Source of the DNA: Lama glama
Lineage: Eukaryota
Reading direction: 5' to 3'
NCBI GenBank assembly: GCA_028534125.1
Contig: CM052817.1
Location: 97,838,001 to 97,902,000, forward strand
Length of the DNA stretch: 64,000 bases
Made by a program: the position numbers and the translations under genes. Below are positions 1-11,790 of this stretch, piece after piece (within the stretch, counting starts at the first letter, position 1; every line of letters starts with the position of its first letter). The notes beneath the pieces were generated by a model. It ran no database searches. It was not told where the DNA came from and worked only from the letters and a program-made list of their open reading frames with translations.

Positions 1-61
1 AAAAAAATTTCTTTATGCATTTTGTAATTTTTGATTGTATGCAGTATATTGTGTGTACTAG

Positions 62-88
62 AAAACAAAACAAAACAAAACAAAACAA
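62..88. repeat. (AAAAC)n simple repeat
   Basis: Visible tandem aaaac units. Confidence 0.9.
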
Positions 89-1029
89 TAGAGATGGCAG
101 TAAATAATATTTCTTCCCAGGAAAGGAAACACCCTTTTTTCTGACAGTAGTCCATCTAGACGATAGTTAAGCTGGGACTGGAATTTACTGTTGTTTTAAT
201 TAGATTTAGTTCACCATTAGGTTAAAGATTCAGGGATGAGTTAGTACTTTACCTTTGGTAGGGCAAGACCTCTTTGTACAAACAATCTCTAGCTTTCTGA
301 ATTAACTGGCATCTTGTTCTGCTTTATAAACTAGCTTCCAGTGTTTTGTTGCTAAGGAGTTCCCTTTGCTATTCAGACCTGCCTCCTGGCTTTCTGTGGT
401 TCAAGAGGTCTTTTCCTGCTCTCCTGCTTTGCCCTAACTTTTGGAGTGCTGCGAAGTGTATTCATGAATGCTTAGAGCGCCTGTAAGGGATTCAGCCTGA
501 CTTGTCTCTGACAGGCAGGGCAAAGAGCTGATAGAGACTCTCTGGCCCTGGGTGCTTGCTCCCCAGAGGGGTCTCTCTTGGTTCTCCTGTTCTTCCTACA
601 GATGTGGGAAGCCTCTGAGAAGTATGGAATAAGGACCTACAGTGCTTTGAACAGTTCCTCCCATTTCTCCTGTCCTCCTCTGTGTTTTAGGGCTTCTGTC
701 TCAATTCTCATTTGCATGAGTATTTATTGAGGGCCTATCGGAAAGATCTGACGAGTAGGTGTAGACAGAGCTCTTCAGGGTTCTAAACATCGCACCAACT
801 GCCCCTTAGTCTTTAAAATTCTTTCAAAGTTCAGTAAGTTTCTCCTTAAATCCATTAATGGTGGCTTCTTCCTAGTTGCACTTCCCTACAAAAGAAGATA
901 GAAGCTGTAGGGCATTTCTCATGAGGAGCTTGTCTCTTTCTAGATTTCAGTTCCTTCTGGCTTCTTCTATCCTCAATATTTGATGAGTTTACCAAAAATA
1001 AAAAATAAAAAAAACTATGACTGTAGGCT

Positions 1030-1347
1030 ATTTAGCTTGTTTTTGATATTAAGGCCAAAGTGGAAGCAGAAATTAGGACTTTGTGTCCTTCTGAGAGATT
1101 CCCATCATTCTTTGACCGCTTTCTTAATTTCTGTATAACATCCAGGCTCATCTTGAACTTCCTCTGCTCCATCTCTATAATCAACCTTTCCCATGGATCC
1201 CCAGCATTTTTTTTTTTAGTGGAAAAGCCACTATTATATAGAAGCCAAATATAAGTACTACATACACTCATTTTTACTAGGATCATTGCTTCTAGATCCT
1301 CTCACATGGACAGAGCTGGGACTCTGTCTATCTGTCTGTCTATCTAT

Positions 1348-1397
<50 letters not shown>

Positions 1398-1660
1398 CCA
1401 TTTATATCCATTCATCTATTTAAAACTATGAGTTCATACTGGTGCTTTCAACTCCTATCTAGCATAGCAGTGTACATTCTTATCTTCTCTTTTCCATATT
1501 TGTAACTTGCTTCTACAGTGGTGTGAAACTTGAATCTCATTCTCCTTAATATATTTATTCAGTTGCTCAAGATTTAAATGCACAGAAATGAATTTAAGAA
1601 TTGCTAACGCATACCACTGGGGAGGGGAAAAAAATCTACTAACTAGACTTAAACATTTGT
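1030..1660 (-). mobile_element. Old LINE-1 3' UTR fragment (L1MC/L1MD-like), antisense
   Basis: 'ccaggctcatcttgaacttcctctgc...ttagtggaaaagc...ctagatcctctcacatggacagagctggg' resembles the antisense 3' UTR of old mammalian L1M subfamilies (recall); subfamily uncertain. Confidence 0.55.
1325..1397. repeat. (TATC)n/(TGTC)n tetranucleotide microsatellite
   Basis: Visible run of tatc units preceded by tgtc variants. Confidence 0.95.
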
Positions 1661-1671
1661 TTACTATTTCT

Positions 1672-2247
1672 TAAGGTATAGTTTACATACAGTAAAACAA
1701 ATGTAAAGTACACAATTCAGTGAGTTTTGATAAATGCATACCCAGTGTAATCCACATCTCTATAAAGAAATTGAACATTTCCATCATCCCAGCAAGTTCC
1801 TTTTCCCAGTCAATTCTTTCTCTCTCTCCCCAGCAACTACAGTTCTATTTTTTTTCATTATATATTAGTTTTGCTGATTCTACAGCTTTATATAATGGAA
1901 TAACACAGTGTGTGTTGTTTAGTGTCAGGATTCTTTTGTTCAACATAATGTCTGTGAGATTCATATGTTCTTTGTGTATCAAAAGTTTTTTATTGTTGTT
2001 GTTTTGCTGAGAAGTGTTTTATTATATGTATCCACAATTTGTTTATCCATTCTCCTGTTGATGGACACTTGGGATGTTTCCAGCTTTTTGCTATTATAAA
2101 TAAGGCTGCTATGAACATTCTTGTACAAGTCTTCATGTGGACATATGTTTTCATTTCTCTTGGATATTGTAAGAATGGGAGTTGACATGGCATGGATAGG
2201 TTTTATATGCAACTATAAGAAATTGCTAAATCTTTTGCCAAAGTGTA
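1672..2247 (-). mobile_element. LINE-1 3' end (L1MB/L1ME-like), antisense
   Basis: Typical antisense L1 motifs 'gtttatccattctcctgttgatggacacttgggatgtttccag' and 'gctgctatgaacattcttgtacaagtc'. Minus ORF 1990..2193 (TRMFIAALFIIAKSWKHPKCPSTGEWINKLW) matches the L1 ORF2 C-terminal motif. Confidence 0.85.
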
Positions 2248-3922
2248 CCTCAAGTCGTTTTTTTTTTTACTTGACTTTAACACCTTTCTTTTGTAGCTAT
2301 GAGGAGCTCTGTGACCTCCCCCACTGTGCGAGCATACCCCACAGAAAGAGCTCTATTGTTGGACTGGTGTGCAGGCACACAGGGAGCTCTGAGCCACCTG
2401 GAACAGGCTGATCCGGCTTTTAGCTGAGCTTCAGTGAAGTGATAACATACCTACATTCTCACTCTGAGAGTCTCTGGTATGCCTCAGATTTCCCTTCTCC
2501 GTCTCAACTGTGCAGCTAGTCAATTCTTAACACTCCGCAGAGTCATCACACTTCATCTGCAGCTGGATCTGGCACGTTCCAGGGGCATCTGTTCCCCTCC
2601 CGGGACTCCCTGTGACTTTGTCATCTCAGCGCTCACCTTACCCTCTACAAGCCATGAGATGCCGTGATGCTGAGTAGTGGGTGTGTGGGCAGGGCAGCTT
2701 TGCTGGCTGACTTGACCCCTTTGTTCTTCCAGTCACCTTCTGGCTCAGCAGTGGGAGGCAACTTCATGTCTGAACCTGGCTTTAGTCTTTGTGATCTCTG
2801 GACTCACGAGCTCTGTGTTTAGCTAGGAATTGTCAGAAACAAAGGGACTAAGGTGTTTGAAACACTGTAGTGTTGTGAAATTCAATAAAACATCTGTGCA
2901 CCCAAATAGCATGTGCCCAGCACTGGGGGTGTGCATTCCCTTCCTCTTCCTCCATCTCTGTAGATACTGCAGTTGGATTTTGTTTCCCTACATGAGTTCA
3001 TCCTATTACCTCATCCCTTGCTTTGAATGCAGTATGTGCTACAGTTTTCATATCAGATTCAGACACCTTTTCTTCAGCAACCTCCATTCCTTCAAACTTG
3101 TTCCTACACTTCATTTTCAGGCTTTATCACCTATTGCTGCCTGGCATGTCTCCTTAAATGCAAGAGATGCTGAAACCTTGATCATTACAGTGCTCGACTT
3201 GTGAAGGACTTTTGTGATTAAAATGTTTCATCATCGGTGGTTGTCCAGCATGATAGTTTTAATGTCGCTACTGTGATGAACATTTATACTGGGAACGGAG
3301 CTGTGATGCTCATCTAAAAAAAGCAGTGAAAATGCATTTCCTGGTCAGTCAGTTCATTTCAGGTAACAAACCAGGCCCTGGGTTAGAGTGCGTGTAGCAG
3401 AGGTGGCAATTCAGAGAACACATGTCAGAAGAAAACTTCTGCTGATGATGAGAGCAGCTGGGCACTTTTCTTTGGGGGATTGGAGAGAGAGTATGTCAGG
3501 GGCCCTGGTTCTCTTCAAAGGGGAAAACTGTTGCCACCACTAACTTAGACTCTGCCCTCTTTCTACTTCCTGAAACATGACATTCTTCTCAGGGAAATCT
3601 GGACTCCTGTGTTTGTTCTTGTAGCTCCACTGAAGATGCTCTTTATCCCGTCTTGCCTTAGGGGTGCTATCATAAGTGTTCTTTCTTCATAATCCAACTA
3701 GGGACACATTTAAATAGCACTTTGAACCACAACATATCCATCATCCCATTTACTCATCCAGCCTTCTATAGAACATCTATAGAACAATTAGTCACTAATG
3801 TATTCAATAGGTGTGTTAAACATGGTGGACAATTAAATGTGAATGAGATAGTTTAGAAGAGATGAGGAGCCAGAAAATGTCTGTTTATAAGTAGCTATAA
3901 TAAAAGTAAGAAAGTAATAAAT

Positions 3923-4016
3923 GCACCTCAATGTTCATAGAAGCACTATTTACAATAGCCAAGGCATGGAAGCAACCCGAGTGTCCATCAACAGATGACT
4001 GGATAAAGAAGATGTG

Positions 4017-4052
<36 letters not shown>

Positions 4053-4452
4053 GAATACTACTCAGCCATAAAAAGAACAAAATTTTGCCATGTGCAGCAG
4101 CATGGATGGATGGACTTGGAGGGCATTATGCTAAGTAAAATAAGTAAGACAGAAAAAGACAAACACTGTGTGATATCCTTATATGTGGAATCTAAAAAAT
4201 ACAACAAACTAGTGAATAGAACATAAAAGAAGCTGACTCACAGTTATAAAGAACTAGTGGTTACCAGTGGGGTGGGGGGGTGGGGCAGTGTAATGGTGAG
4301 AGAGTAGGAGGCATAAACTGTTGGGTATAAGACAGGCTCAAGGATGTATTGCACAACATGGGGAATATAGCCAATATTCTGTAATAACTAAATGGAAAGT
4401 AACCTTTAAAATTGTATAAATTGTATAAATTTTTAAAAATAATTAAAAAATG
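3923..4452 (+). mobile_element. 5'-truncated LINE-1 (ORF2 C-terminus + 3' UTR), artiodactyl-type, with (AC)16 expansion
   Basis: 'aatgttcatagaagcactatttacaatagccaag...gtgtccatcaacagatgactggataaagaag', A-rich tail, and flanking 13-bp TSD gaaagtaatRaat (3910-3922 / 4453-4465, one mismatch). (AC)16 at 4019-4050. Confidence 0.9.
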
Positions 4453-4489
4453 GAAAGTAATGAATTCCACTAAAAAGGTATAAACTGTC

Positions 4490-4619
4490 GGGGGAGGGTA
4501 TAGCTCAAGCAGTAGAGCACATGCTTAGCATGCAGGAGGTCCTGGGCTCAATCTCCAGTACCTCTTTTACAAAAATAGATAAAGAAAACTACATACCTGC
4601 CCACACCTGCCAAAAATAG
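4490..4619 (+). mobile_element. tRNA-Ala-derived SINE, camelid vic-1 type
   Basis: Head ggggagggtatagctcaagcagtagagcacatgcttagcatgcaggaggtcctgggctcaatctccagtacctc is tRNA-Ala(AGC)-like with Pol III A/B boxes, followed by an A-rich tail. TSD aggtataaacWgt at 4476-4488 / 4620-4632. Confidence 0.9.
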
Positions 4620-4659
4620 AGGTATAAACAGTGCTTTGTCATTTCAAAAGAGAGCGATT

Positions 4660-5260
4660 CCCCACACTGTTTATTTGTGTAGCCCATTAATAAAATTTTT
4701 TTGCATATCTAAGTATATGAGATTTATATGTAAATCACATGTATGTACTCTTATGCTAATATAGACATACACTATAATCATATACAAAACTGGAAATTAG
4801 AAAAATATTGTAAAGATGAAATAGGCAGTATTTTTTGAAATGATTTTAATTTTATTGTGCAATTAAAAACTCTTCTTACTTTCTTAAATATACTATTAAT
4901 AAACTGCTTGGCAATAGGAATGTGATTTATGTGTCAGATCTGATTTAGCAGACATTGTTTTTGCATCTAATGTGGTTGATGTAGAGCTCATGTTGGGAGA
5001 GGGGGAATGTTATGTCTGCTATTTAATTCTTGTTTGCTGGTGCTTACATTATAATATTATTTTTAATTTGCAGGGTCTTGTAGAAAAAAATATTAAGCTT
5101 GTTGTGAGACTTAGTTTAATTAAAAATGAGACAAGACTATCTAAAAATCTACATAAACTGTAATTGGTCATAATATGCTGAAAATGAGTGATGGATATGT
5201 GTCACAGCAAATGCTTCCTCACTGTGGAACTCCAGACTTTTGAAGGCTACTTTCCATGGC
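4660..5260. mobile_element. Possible degenerate hAT-Charlie DNA transposon fragment
   Basis: Overall resemblance only; no terminal inverted repeats identified. Confidence 0.3.
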
Positions 5261-5489
5261 ATCCATGTCTGATGCATGGACCTAGTGAGGGTCCTGGTAT
5301 CAATATGTCTATTAAATAATAGTCGCCTTTCATTTCTTTCTTATTTTTAAAAGTAACGGTAAAAGATGTTCAAATATTTTCTTTCCACACTCCAGTGGAT
5401 CATTTACTCTTCTCTTGGGGGTGTGTGTATACTAATCTGGAGACTCCTAGGTTAGAGGATGGTTTGAGTATAAGTCCCTCATATCTGAA

Positions 5490-6370
5490 CACCTTAGAGA
5501 AAGCTTCACATAATAACTTAAATTTGAATGATGAGAAGAAACTAGAATAGAGAAAGCATTTGAAAGGGTGGATGGCAGGTATACTGCTATGGAAGCACAG
5601 GTTATATGGAAGGGATGATGAAATGTCCATTATTTTAGAGTAAGAGGAGAATTGTGTGGAAATTAGTGCCAGAATACAGATGGCGTTGAATACCTTACCT
5701 AGGGTAAAAATTTGAATTTTGTTCAGTAGGCTTTGGAAGGCATTAAATATAGATAGATAGATACAGATATACATATATAAAATTTGAATCAGGAGGTGTT
5801 AAATTAAGGGAAGCAAATTTTCCTTTTTTTAAAAAATCTCTCTTCTTTATCTCTAAGAAAGTGGCTCTTTCCTTATCTGCATTCCCTTCTCTATGCAGCT
5901 TGTTATTGGAAATCCCGGTCTAGCAGTAGATAGGGGCTTGGATTGAATGGGTGATGAGGGTGGTGGGAGAGAAATTCATTAAGTAAGATGCTTGTTACAT
6001 GACTAGCAAGTGATTTAAGTCAGAGGTAATGAAGCCTTAAAGGAGGGTGATGGCAATGGAAATGAAAGCAAAATGGAAGATGGTTTAGTGAAGGAAGAGA
6101 AAAACCACACGTCTATTTATAATTTCCAGCCTGGGTAACTAGGAGACTAGGGATCAAGAGAAGTGGAAATACCTGGAGAAGGAGCAGATTTGAAGGGTCA
6201 TTAATGATGTGGGTGGACATTAAGGTAGAGGTGCCTAAAATAAAGCTGAGAATGTGGGTGGGTATACAAGATGGACCGGAAATAATCTACACAGAGGGAG
6301 TAGTAAAGGAATGAATGATTCATGTGAGGAACTGGTTAGAAGGACAAGAGTATCTACGACAATGTTGGGG
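5490..6370 (-). mobile_element. L2 LINE fragments, antisense
   Basis: Purine-rich L2-like motifs ('ggagggtgatggcaatggaaatg', 'tttccagcctgggtaactagg', 'ggagaaggagcagatttgaaggg'). Confidence 0.55.
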
Positions 6371-6886
6371 AAACACATTCCAGCATTCTAACCCAGCAGT
6401 TCTACTTGGATCTGAGACTGGGAACTCTTGAGTCTTCATCTCTTAATTCAGTGATTCATGTCTTTGATGATTGTAAACTACTGCATAGATTCTTTTCTCT
6501 CAGTTAAGTAAAATTAATATGTTTCAGAAATCAGGTTTCAATAATCTTAGGGAGCTAGTTTACAAAAAAAAAAAATTAAAAGTCTCTATACTAAGAGGGC
6601 TTAAGGAGCCAAGCTGTCCAAAAGAGCTAAGCATACTTTTGGAAAATAAAGTAAAACATAATGACAGGTGAAAATAAAAAGAGAGAGAGAAGTTTTTGCA
6701 TACAGAACTACATTTGAAATGGAAATAATTAGGAATATTACCAAGGCTATATTTAAGGCTTAAGTGATCTTGGCAATATAGACCAGTCAACTCCACTAAA
6801 GCAAGGCAGAGATGCATTTCCGGCAAACTATCAACAATATTATATTTACTGGAGGAGGGAAGGTAGTAATGAATAAGTATGTGTTT

Positions 6887-7266
6887 TGCTATGAGCTGAA
6901 TTTGTGCCCCAAATTTATTTGATGAAATCCTAACCCCCAGTACCTCAGAAGTAATTGTATTTGAAGGTAGGGTCTTTAAAGAGGTGATTAAGATTAAATG
7001 AGATCATTGGAATGGGTCCTAATCCAATATGACTGGTGTCCTTATAAAAAGAGATTAGGACACAGACATGCGCAGATGGGCAACCATGTGAAGACGCAGG
7101 GAGAAAACGGCCATCGACAAGCCAAGGAGAGAGGCCTCAGAAGAAACTGGCCCCGCCAACACCTAGGTCTTGGACTTCTAGCCTCCAGAACTATGAGAAA
7201 ATAAATTTCAGTTTAAGCAGTCCAGTCTGTGGTACTTTATTATGACAACCCTAGCAGACTAATACA
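6887..7266 (+). mobile_element. MaLR solo LTR (MLT1A/MLT1B-like)
   Basis: TG...CA ends; 'ggtcctaatccaatatgactggtgtccttataaaaag' and 'ggacttctagcctccagaactatgagaaaataaatttc' are MLT1 hallmarks. Confidence 0.9.
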
Positions 7267-7294
7267 ATTTTTAAAATTAAAAATGGTAGACCTG

Positions 7295-7496
7295 TCAAAT
7301 TCCAGTGTTCAGCACAATTTTTCAGTCATTCATAGACATATACACACTCATTGTCACATTTTTTTCTCTGTGATTTATCATAACATTTTGTGTATATTTC
7401 CCTGTGCTATACAGTGTAATCTTGTTTATCTGTTCTACAATACTGGAATTTGACACAACATTGTAAAATGATTATAAATCAATAAAAAATGTTTAA
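7295..7496 (+). mobile_element. Short L1 3'-end insertion with 5' inversion (twin priming)
   Basis: Perfect 16-bp TSD aaaaatggtagacctg (7279-7294 / 7497-7512). 7295-7440 is antisense L1 3' UTR, colinear with the copy at 26.5 kb; 7441-7496 is the sense L1 terminus with aataaa and an A tail. Confidence 0.9.
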
Positions 7497-8129
7497 AAAA
7501 ATGGTAGACCTGAATTAAAGCTTAAAAAAAAAAACTTGGACAGATTACTAAGTCATCATGAAGAAAAGAACCTTGTGGGACTCATTGGACTCATTCATTA
7601 GGACCCTAGTGTTTGGAACACCTGGCGAAGTCTATTTTGACATTAACCTGTTTAAAATTATGTTCGATAAGAAACACTCATCATTCTCTCAGGGGATCAG
7701 ATTACAGTTTTCCTAGGGAGGCTCACTGGATTGAGGACCAAACTCAGAGCATGGTTAGGAAAATACATACTGACTTGGGAGAAGGGTGCAGTTTGGGACA
7801 AAATTGTCATCTAGAAAAGAAAAAAACATACTCATTAAATTTGCTGCTAATAATAGCATAGCTCTTGAAGGACAGGGTCAGCATCGTGAATGTAGATTTC
7901 TAACTAATGTGAGGAAATCATAAAAGATTCACAAGAGAATTTTGATTAAGAGTGTCAAGTGGTTGGGGCAGAACGATAATTACTAAAAAGGTATCCTTGC
8001 TTTATAATCTTCTTCAGTCTGGCTGACAGATATTTTAGAGATGACTATCAGGCAGTGAAATAAGAAAGTAGCTCTGTAAGGAGTGGGGACATCACAATGA
8101 GAGGCAGGAATAGAAGTGCAGAAGTCAGG

Positions 8130-8680
8130 CACCATGAGCTCATCCTCCAGTTATGCCTACCGCTGGGCAGACAGTCCCTGGGCCCCATTTTTAAGCTCTA
8201 GATTTTGCACTAAAGAATGTAGATGACTTAGAAATTATTTAGTAGTGAAGATAAAAATAAATAGGAAATAAGATCTATAAGTATAGGTTAAAATAACTTT
8301 TATTATTCAACTAAACAAGAGAGGCTGGGTTATTTAATAGTACTTTTTTTTTTAAGGATGGTTTAGTCATCCTTGAAGATAATAAACTATTCTTCATTAA
8401 CACAGTAGGGGTTAAAACAAAAGGAAATGGGACCCAACTGCAGTGTGTAGGGTTTAGATTACACCTGGGGAAGAATTGGCTGAGTGGAATGAATTAATGT
8501 GGAAGGATATGGAATTTCCTACTTGGGAGATCTTTAAAAAATAGTCTCTCAAGGTATCAAGGCTAATTTTAAAATTAAATCCTGTTTAAAGAGTAAGACT
8601 GGTGATTGATGAATTAGGAGGTGGAGGAGGACATCATGAACCCTGAAGAGACCTTCTAATCTTAAAATATATTGATGCTC
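8130..8680 (+). mobile_element. L3/CR1 LINE 3' fragment
   Basis: CR1-type motifs 'agtccctgggccccatttttaag', 'aaaacaaaaggaaatggg...ctgcag...gtttagatta' and 'tggaatttcctacttgggagatctttaaaaa'. Confidence 0.65.
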
Positions 8681-8989
8681 TTGAAAATAACCCTAGTTAT
8701 GAAAAGATTAGAAAATCGGAGAGAGCTAATATATGTGTTGTATTTTATTCTTATGATTTTATCTTTCTTCCCCCCATTGATCTGGGCAACAGTATGGGCA
8801 TTTGCCAAGCAAGTTATAATTATCTATTGTTGAGATTTAAATCTCTTGATTATACAAGTGCCCAGAAAGACCGGATGGGGCGGTTGGGAAATTTCGGTTC
8901 TGAAGAACAGTAATAACAACAGGTTGCACTGTTCCTACATTTGGTCCATCTATCGGTTTTTATTCTAAAGAAAGTTTTATTGTGTGAGT

Positions 8990-9330
8990 CACGTCTAGGT
9001 GCTCACTGGGTGAACTGGATGCTGCGGGAGCACAGAAGGGGAATAGGGCATGGTTTCTCGCCTTTAAGAGTGTGTGTGATGTATATGGGGTGATCGGATA
9101 AGTACACGTGAAAAGGCATTGCACAATAACGGACAGAATTATTGAATTGTGTGATACGGGCTCTTTGTGCTGGAAGAGTTGGGTGGTGGTTTTATGAGCT
9201 GAAAGTGTCACAGAGGAGAGAGGTTTTAAAGGATGGGACAGAATTTAGGAAGAGCAGGGATGCAGGAAGGACATTTCTGGTAGCTGTGTGAGCAAAGGGA
9301 TGAAGTGAGCCTGTGTGAGCCCAGGTCCTA
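8990..9330 (-). mobile_element. L2 fragment, antisense
   Basis: L2-like 'gcatggtttctcgcctttaagag' and 'gaggttttaaaggatgggacagaattt...ggaaggacatttctggtag'. Confidence 0.55.
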
Positions 9331-9494
9331 CTGCCCACACACTGAAGAGCCTTGCATAATTTATAGGCTTTAGGATAAACTCACAGTTGTTCGTATGTCA
9401 CCCACAGCTGTTGTGCTTTGCTGTTGCTGACGTCTGTGTCCTTGTCTCATCCTCTTTTTGTTCACTCTCGCTCCTTTTGCTTTGTCATGACCCA

Positions 9495-9680
9495 GAGTCT
9501 GTTTGAGTTCAAATTTCACTTTGGCCACTGTGACCTTGAATCTGGGTTCTTTCATGTACCAAATGGTGATAATAGTGACACCTATTTCCAGGGGTGGTTG
9601 TGAGGATTAAATAAGTCAGTAGATGTAAAGTGCTTAGAATGGCACCTGGCATCAGTAAAATGTTACCTACGGTAATAATA
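9495..9680 (+). mobile_element. MIR SINE
   Basis: MIR core and 3' part: 'ctgtgaccttg...aaatggtgataatagtgacacct...ggttgtgaggattaaataag...gtaaagtgcttagaatggcacctggca'. Confidence 0.85.
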
Positions 9681-9879
9681 TCTATCGTTGTAAGTATTAT
9701 CAACACCATACATGTAAATACATTATTGTAAATATGAAAGAGATAAAATATTATCTATCATTGTAAGCGTCCATAAAATGTTTAATATTTATTAATCCTC
9801 TAAGCAGTTAAGTCCAGGTGCTGTCTCCTAGTAGCCTGTCCTTTGCTAAGCAGCTTGCATCTGCATCATCCTGTGTCCT

Positions 9880-10062
9880 TGCTGTACCTTGTTCTTACCT
9901 CGCTCACAGCACATCCTGTTCTGCACAGTAATCCTAGGCTGACATGTCTGTCTCATCCTGGATTGTAGGTCTGGAGGCAGCCATGTCTTGTTCATTTCTG
10001 TATCCTAGAGTCTTCAGGCAGGCAGTCAATATGTGTTGACTAATTAGGAGAATGAATGAATA
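9880..10062 (+). mobile_element. L2 3' end
   Basis: 'ccatgtcttgttcatttctgtatcc...caatatgtgttgact...gaatgaatgaataa', the L2 terminus. Confidence 0.7.
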
Positions 10063-11614
10063 ATTGATAGAAGGATATAAAGCTCTGAATTCACACATCG
10101 TGCTCTCCACCCACCTCCACTACACTGACTCACTCCATCTTGTTTAGTTATTAATACTAAAAAGTAATATTAGGGCCAAAAAATTGGTGGCATATGTGAT
10201 GAAGGTATATGAGTGAAAATTCAATGATTTGCTATAATTGGTCACACTCAAGAAATCTTTACAAGATAGTTTTGCATTCAAATTTCAAAATTTGAAGGCT
10301 AACATTAACTATATAATTTTAACAATCATGCTGTCCTGTGAAGATTCATTCAGTGTTATCAGGACATGAGATAGTTCCATAATGTAATTAGTTGTGAACT
10401 GTACTTTCTATTTTTAAAAGTTTGTCTTAGTAAATTCTTAGACAATAGAGGTGGAGGTGATACAGGGAGAAGAATCAGGAGGTGTGCAATGAACTTCTCT
10501 GTCTTCAGATCCTCTCCTGAGGGTTTGAACTAAATGGCCTGTAAAATACCTTTCTCTCTGACTCTGGATTCTCTTAGCTCAGTGACTGTGATGAAGCTGA
10601 GATTATAATCTAGATTCCCTGAATGTAGACTAGTGGTCTTTCCAATAAGATCATATAGTTTTACTGATCACATGATTAGTCACTTTCTGTTTATTAATAC
10701 ATTTTTTATTTGTACAGAAGCTCCAATCAATACAATTTTGGCAATGGGGATTGTTTATGTCTTAGTGAAAAATAAAACAGTACACAACTAGAATGTTTTC
10801 GCCTGAAAATAACAAGTAAAACTCTGTAAATTATTATTTAATAATAACCAATATCACTTGATAGTTATCAGTATGACAAAGAACTCTAGTGCACAAAGTA
10901 ATCACTTTTAAAGGTAATTTTTATTATTGTTCCATATTTTTATACTTACTTATCAAAGATAAAGAATACATTTCAGTTAGTCCCTTATTAGAAAATATAT
11001 CTGTTTAAATGTTAGATAGGCTTGTTGTATTTGCTTTCATCCCAGGATCGGTTCTTTTTAAGGAAGAGTCATTTGAAGGTCATAAGTGTACTATTAGAAA
11101 CAGCTTGAACACCACACACAATATTTCAGGCATCTTAACAGCCAAGCAGGTGAGCTGCATGGTGGATCAGATCAATTACTAAAAATCAACAGGCAGAGAT
11201 GAAATTAACCATAGTATATTCAGTCTGTTACTCTCGTCTATTAATTGGATCCTTTAGTGAATGAACTGACCCACCATTTAGCAACTGGAGTTAATCAGCA
11301 TAGGCAGACCGACTCCACTGTGCTCTGGTTAACTGAGACGTACGTATGCCTGCTGCTCTCCTGGACCAGAGACAGCACAAATAGGATGACAGGGGCACTA
11401 ATCTGGTAAGATTAGCAGACTCCCAAGTATCCATTTAAGTTTTGCCATCAATACTCCAAGGAAAATATTTCCATTCCCAATTTTCTACTGTCATTTTACA
11501 AATGTTAGCATTATTTACTTTAGAAATATGTAAAACATAGTTTTCCCCTTTCCTTACCATATCCTCTCTCTCTCTCCTTCTCTTTCTGTCGGTTAGGCAA
11601 CCGGTCTTCTCGTG

Positions 11615-11790
11615 CTGTAACATAGTGACCAAAAGCTTTAGAGTTAAACAGACCTAGACAGATGTTCCTCTTTTCTGCAATGGAGGTGACACTATCCACT
11701 TTCTAAGGTTGTGGGGATTGAAGGAGGTAATGAGCATGAAGTCCTCAGCACATGGTGAGTGATACACGCTAAACAATCAACTAATGTTCC
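11615..11790 (+). mobile_element. MIR SINE (internally deleted)
   Basis: 'gctttagagttaaacagacctag' and 'aaggttgtggggattgaaggaggtaatgagcatgaagtcctcagcaca'. Confidence 0.6.

Noticed and set aside
2830..3204. Longest ORFs in the track (124 aa here and at 5400..5774)
   Set aside because: Low-complexity L/S/F/C-rich composition typical of non-coding or repeat DNA, no recognisable domain, and a length expected by chance in 64 kb.
4490..4565. tRNA-Ala gene
   Set aside because: It is the head of a SINE: it has extra 5' bases, a mutated B box, an A-rich tail and a flanking TSD.
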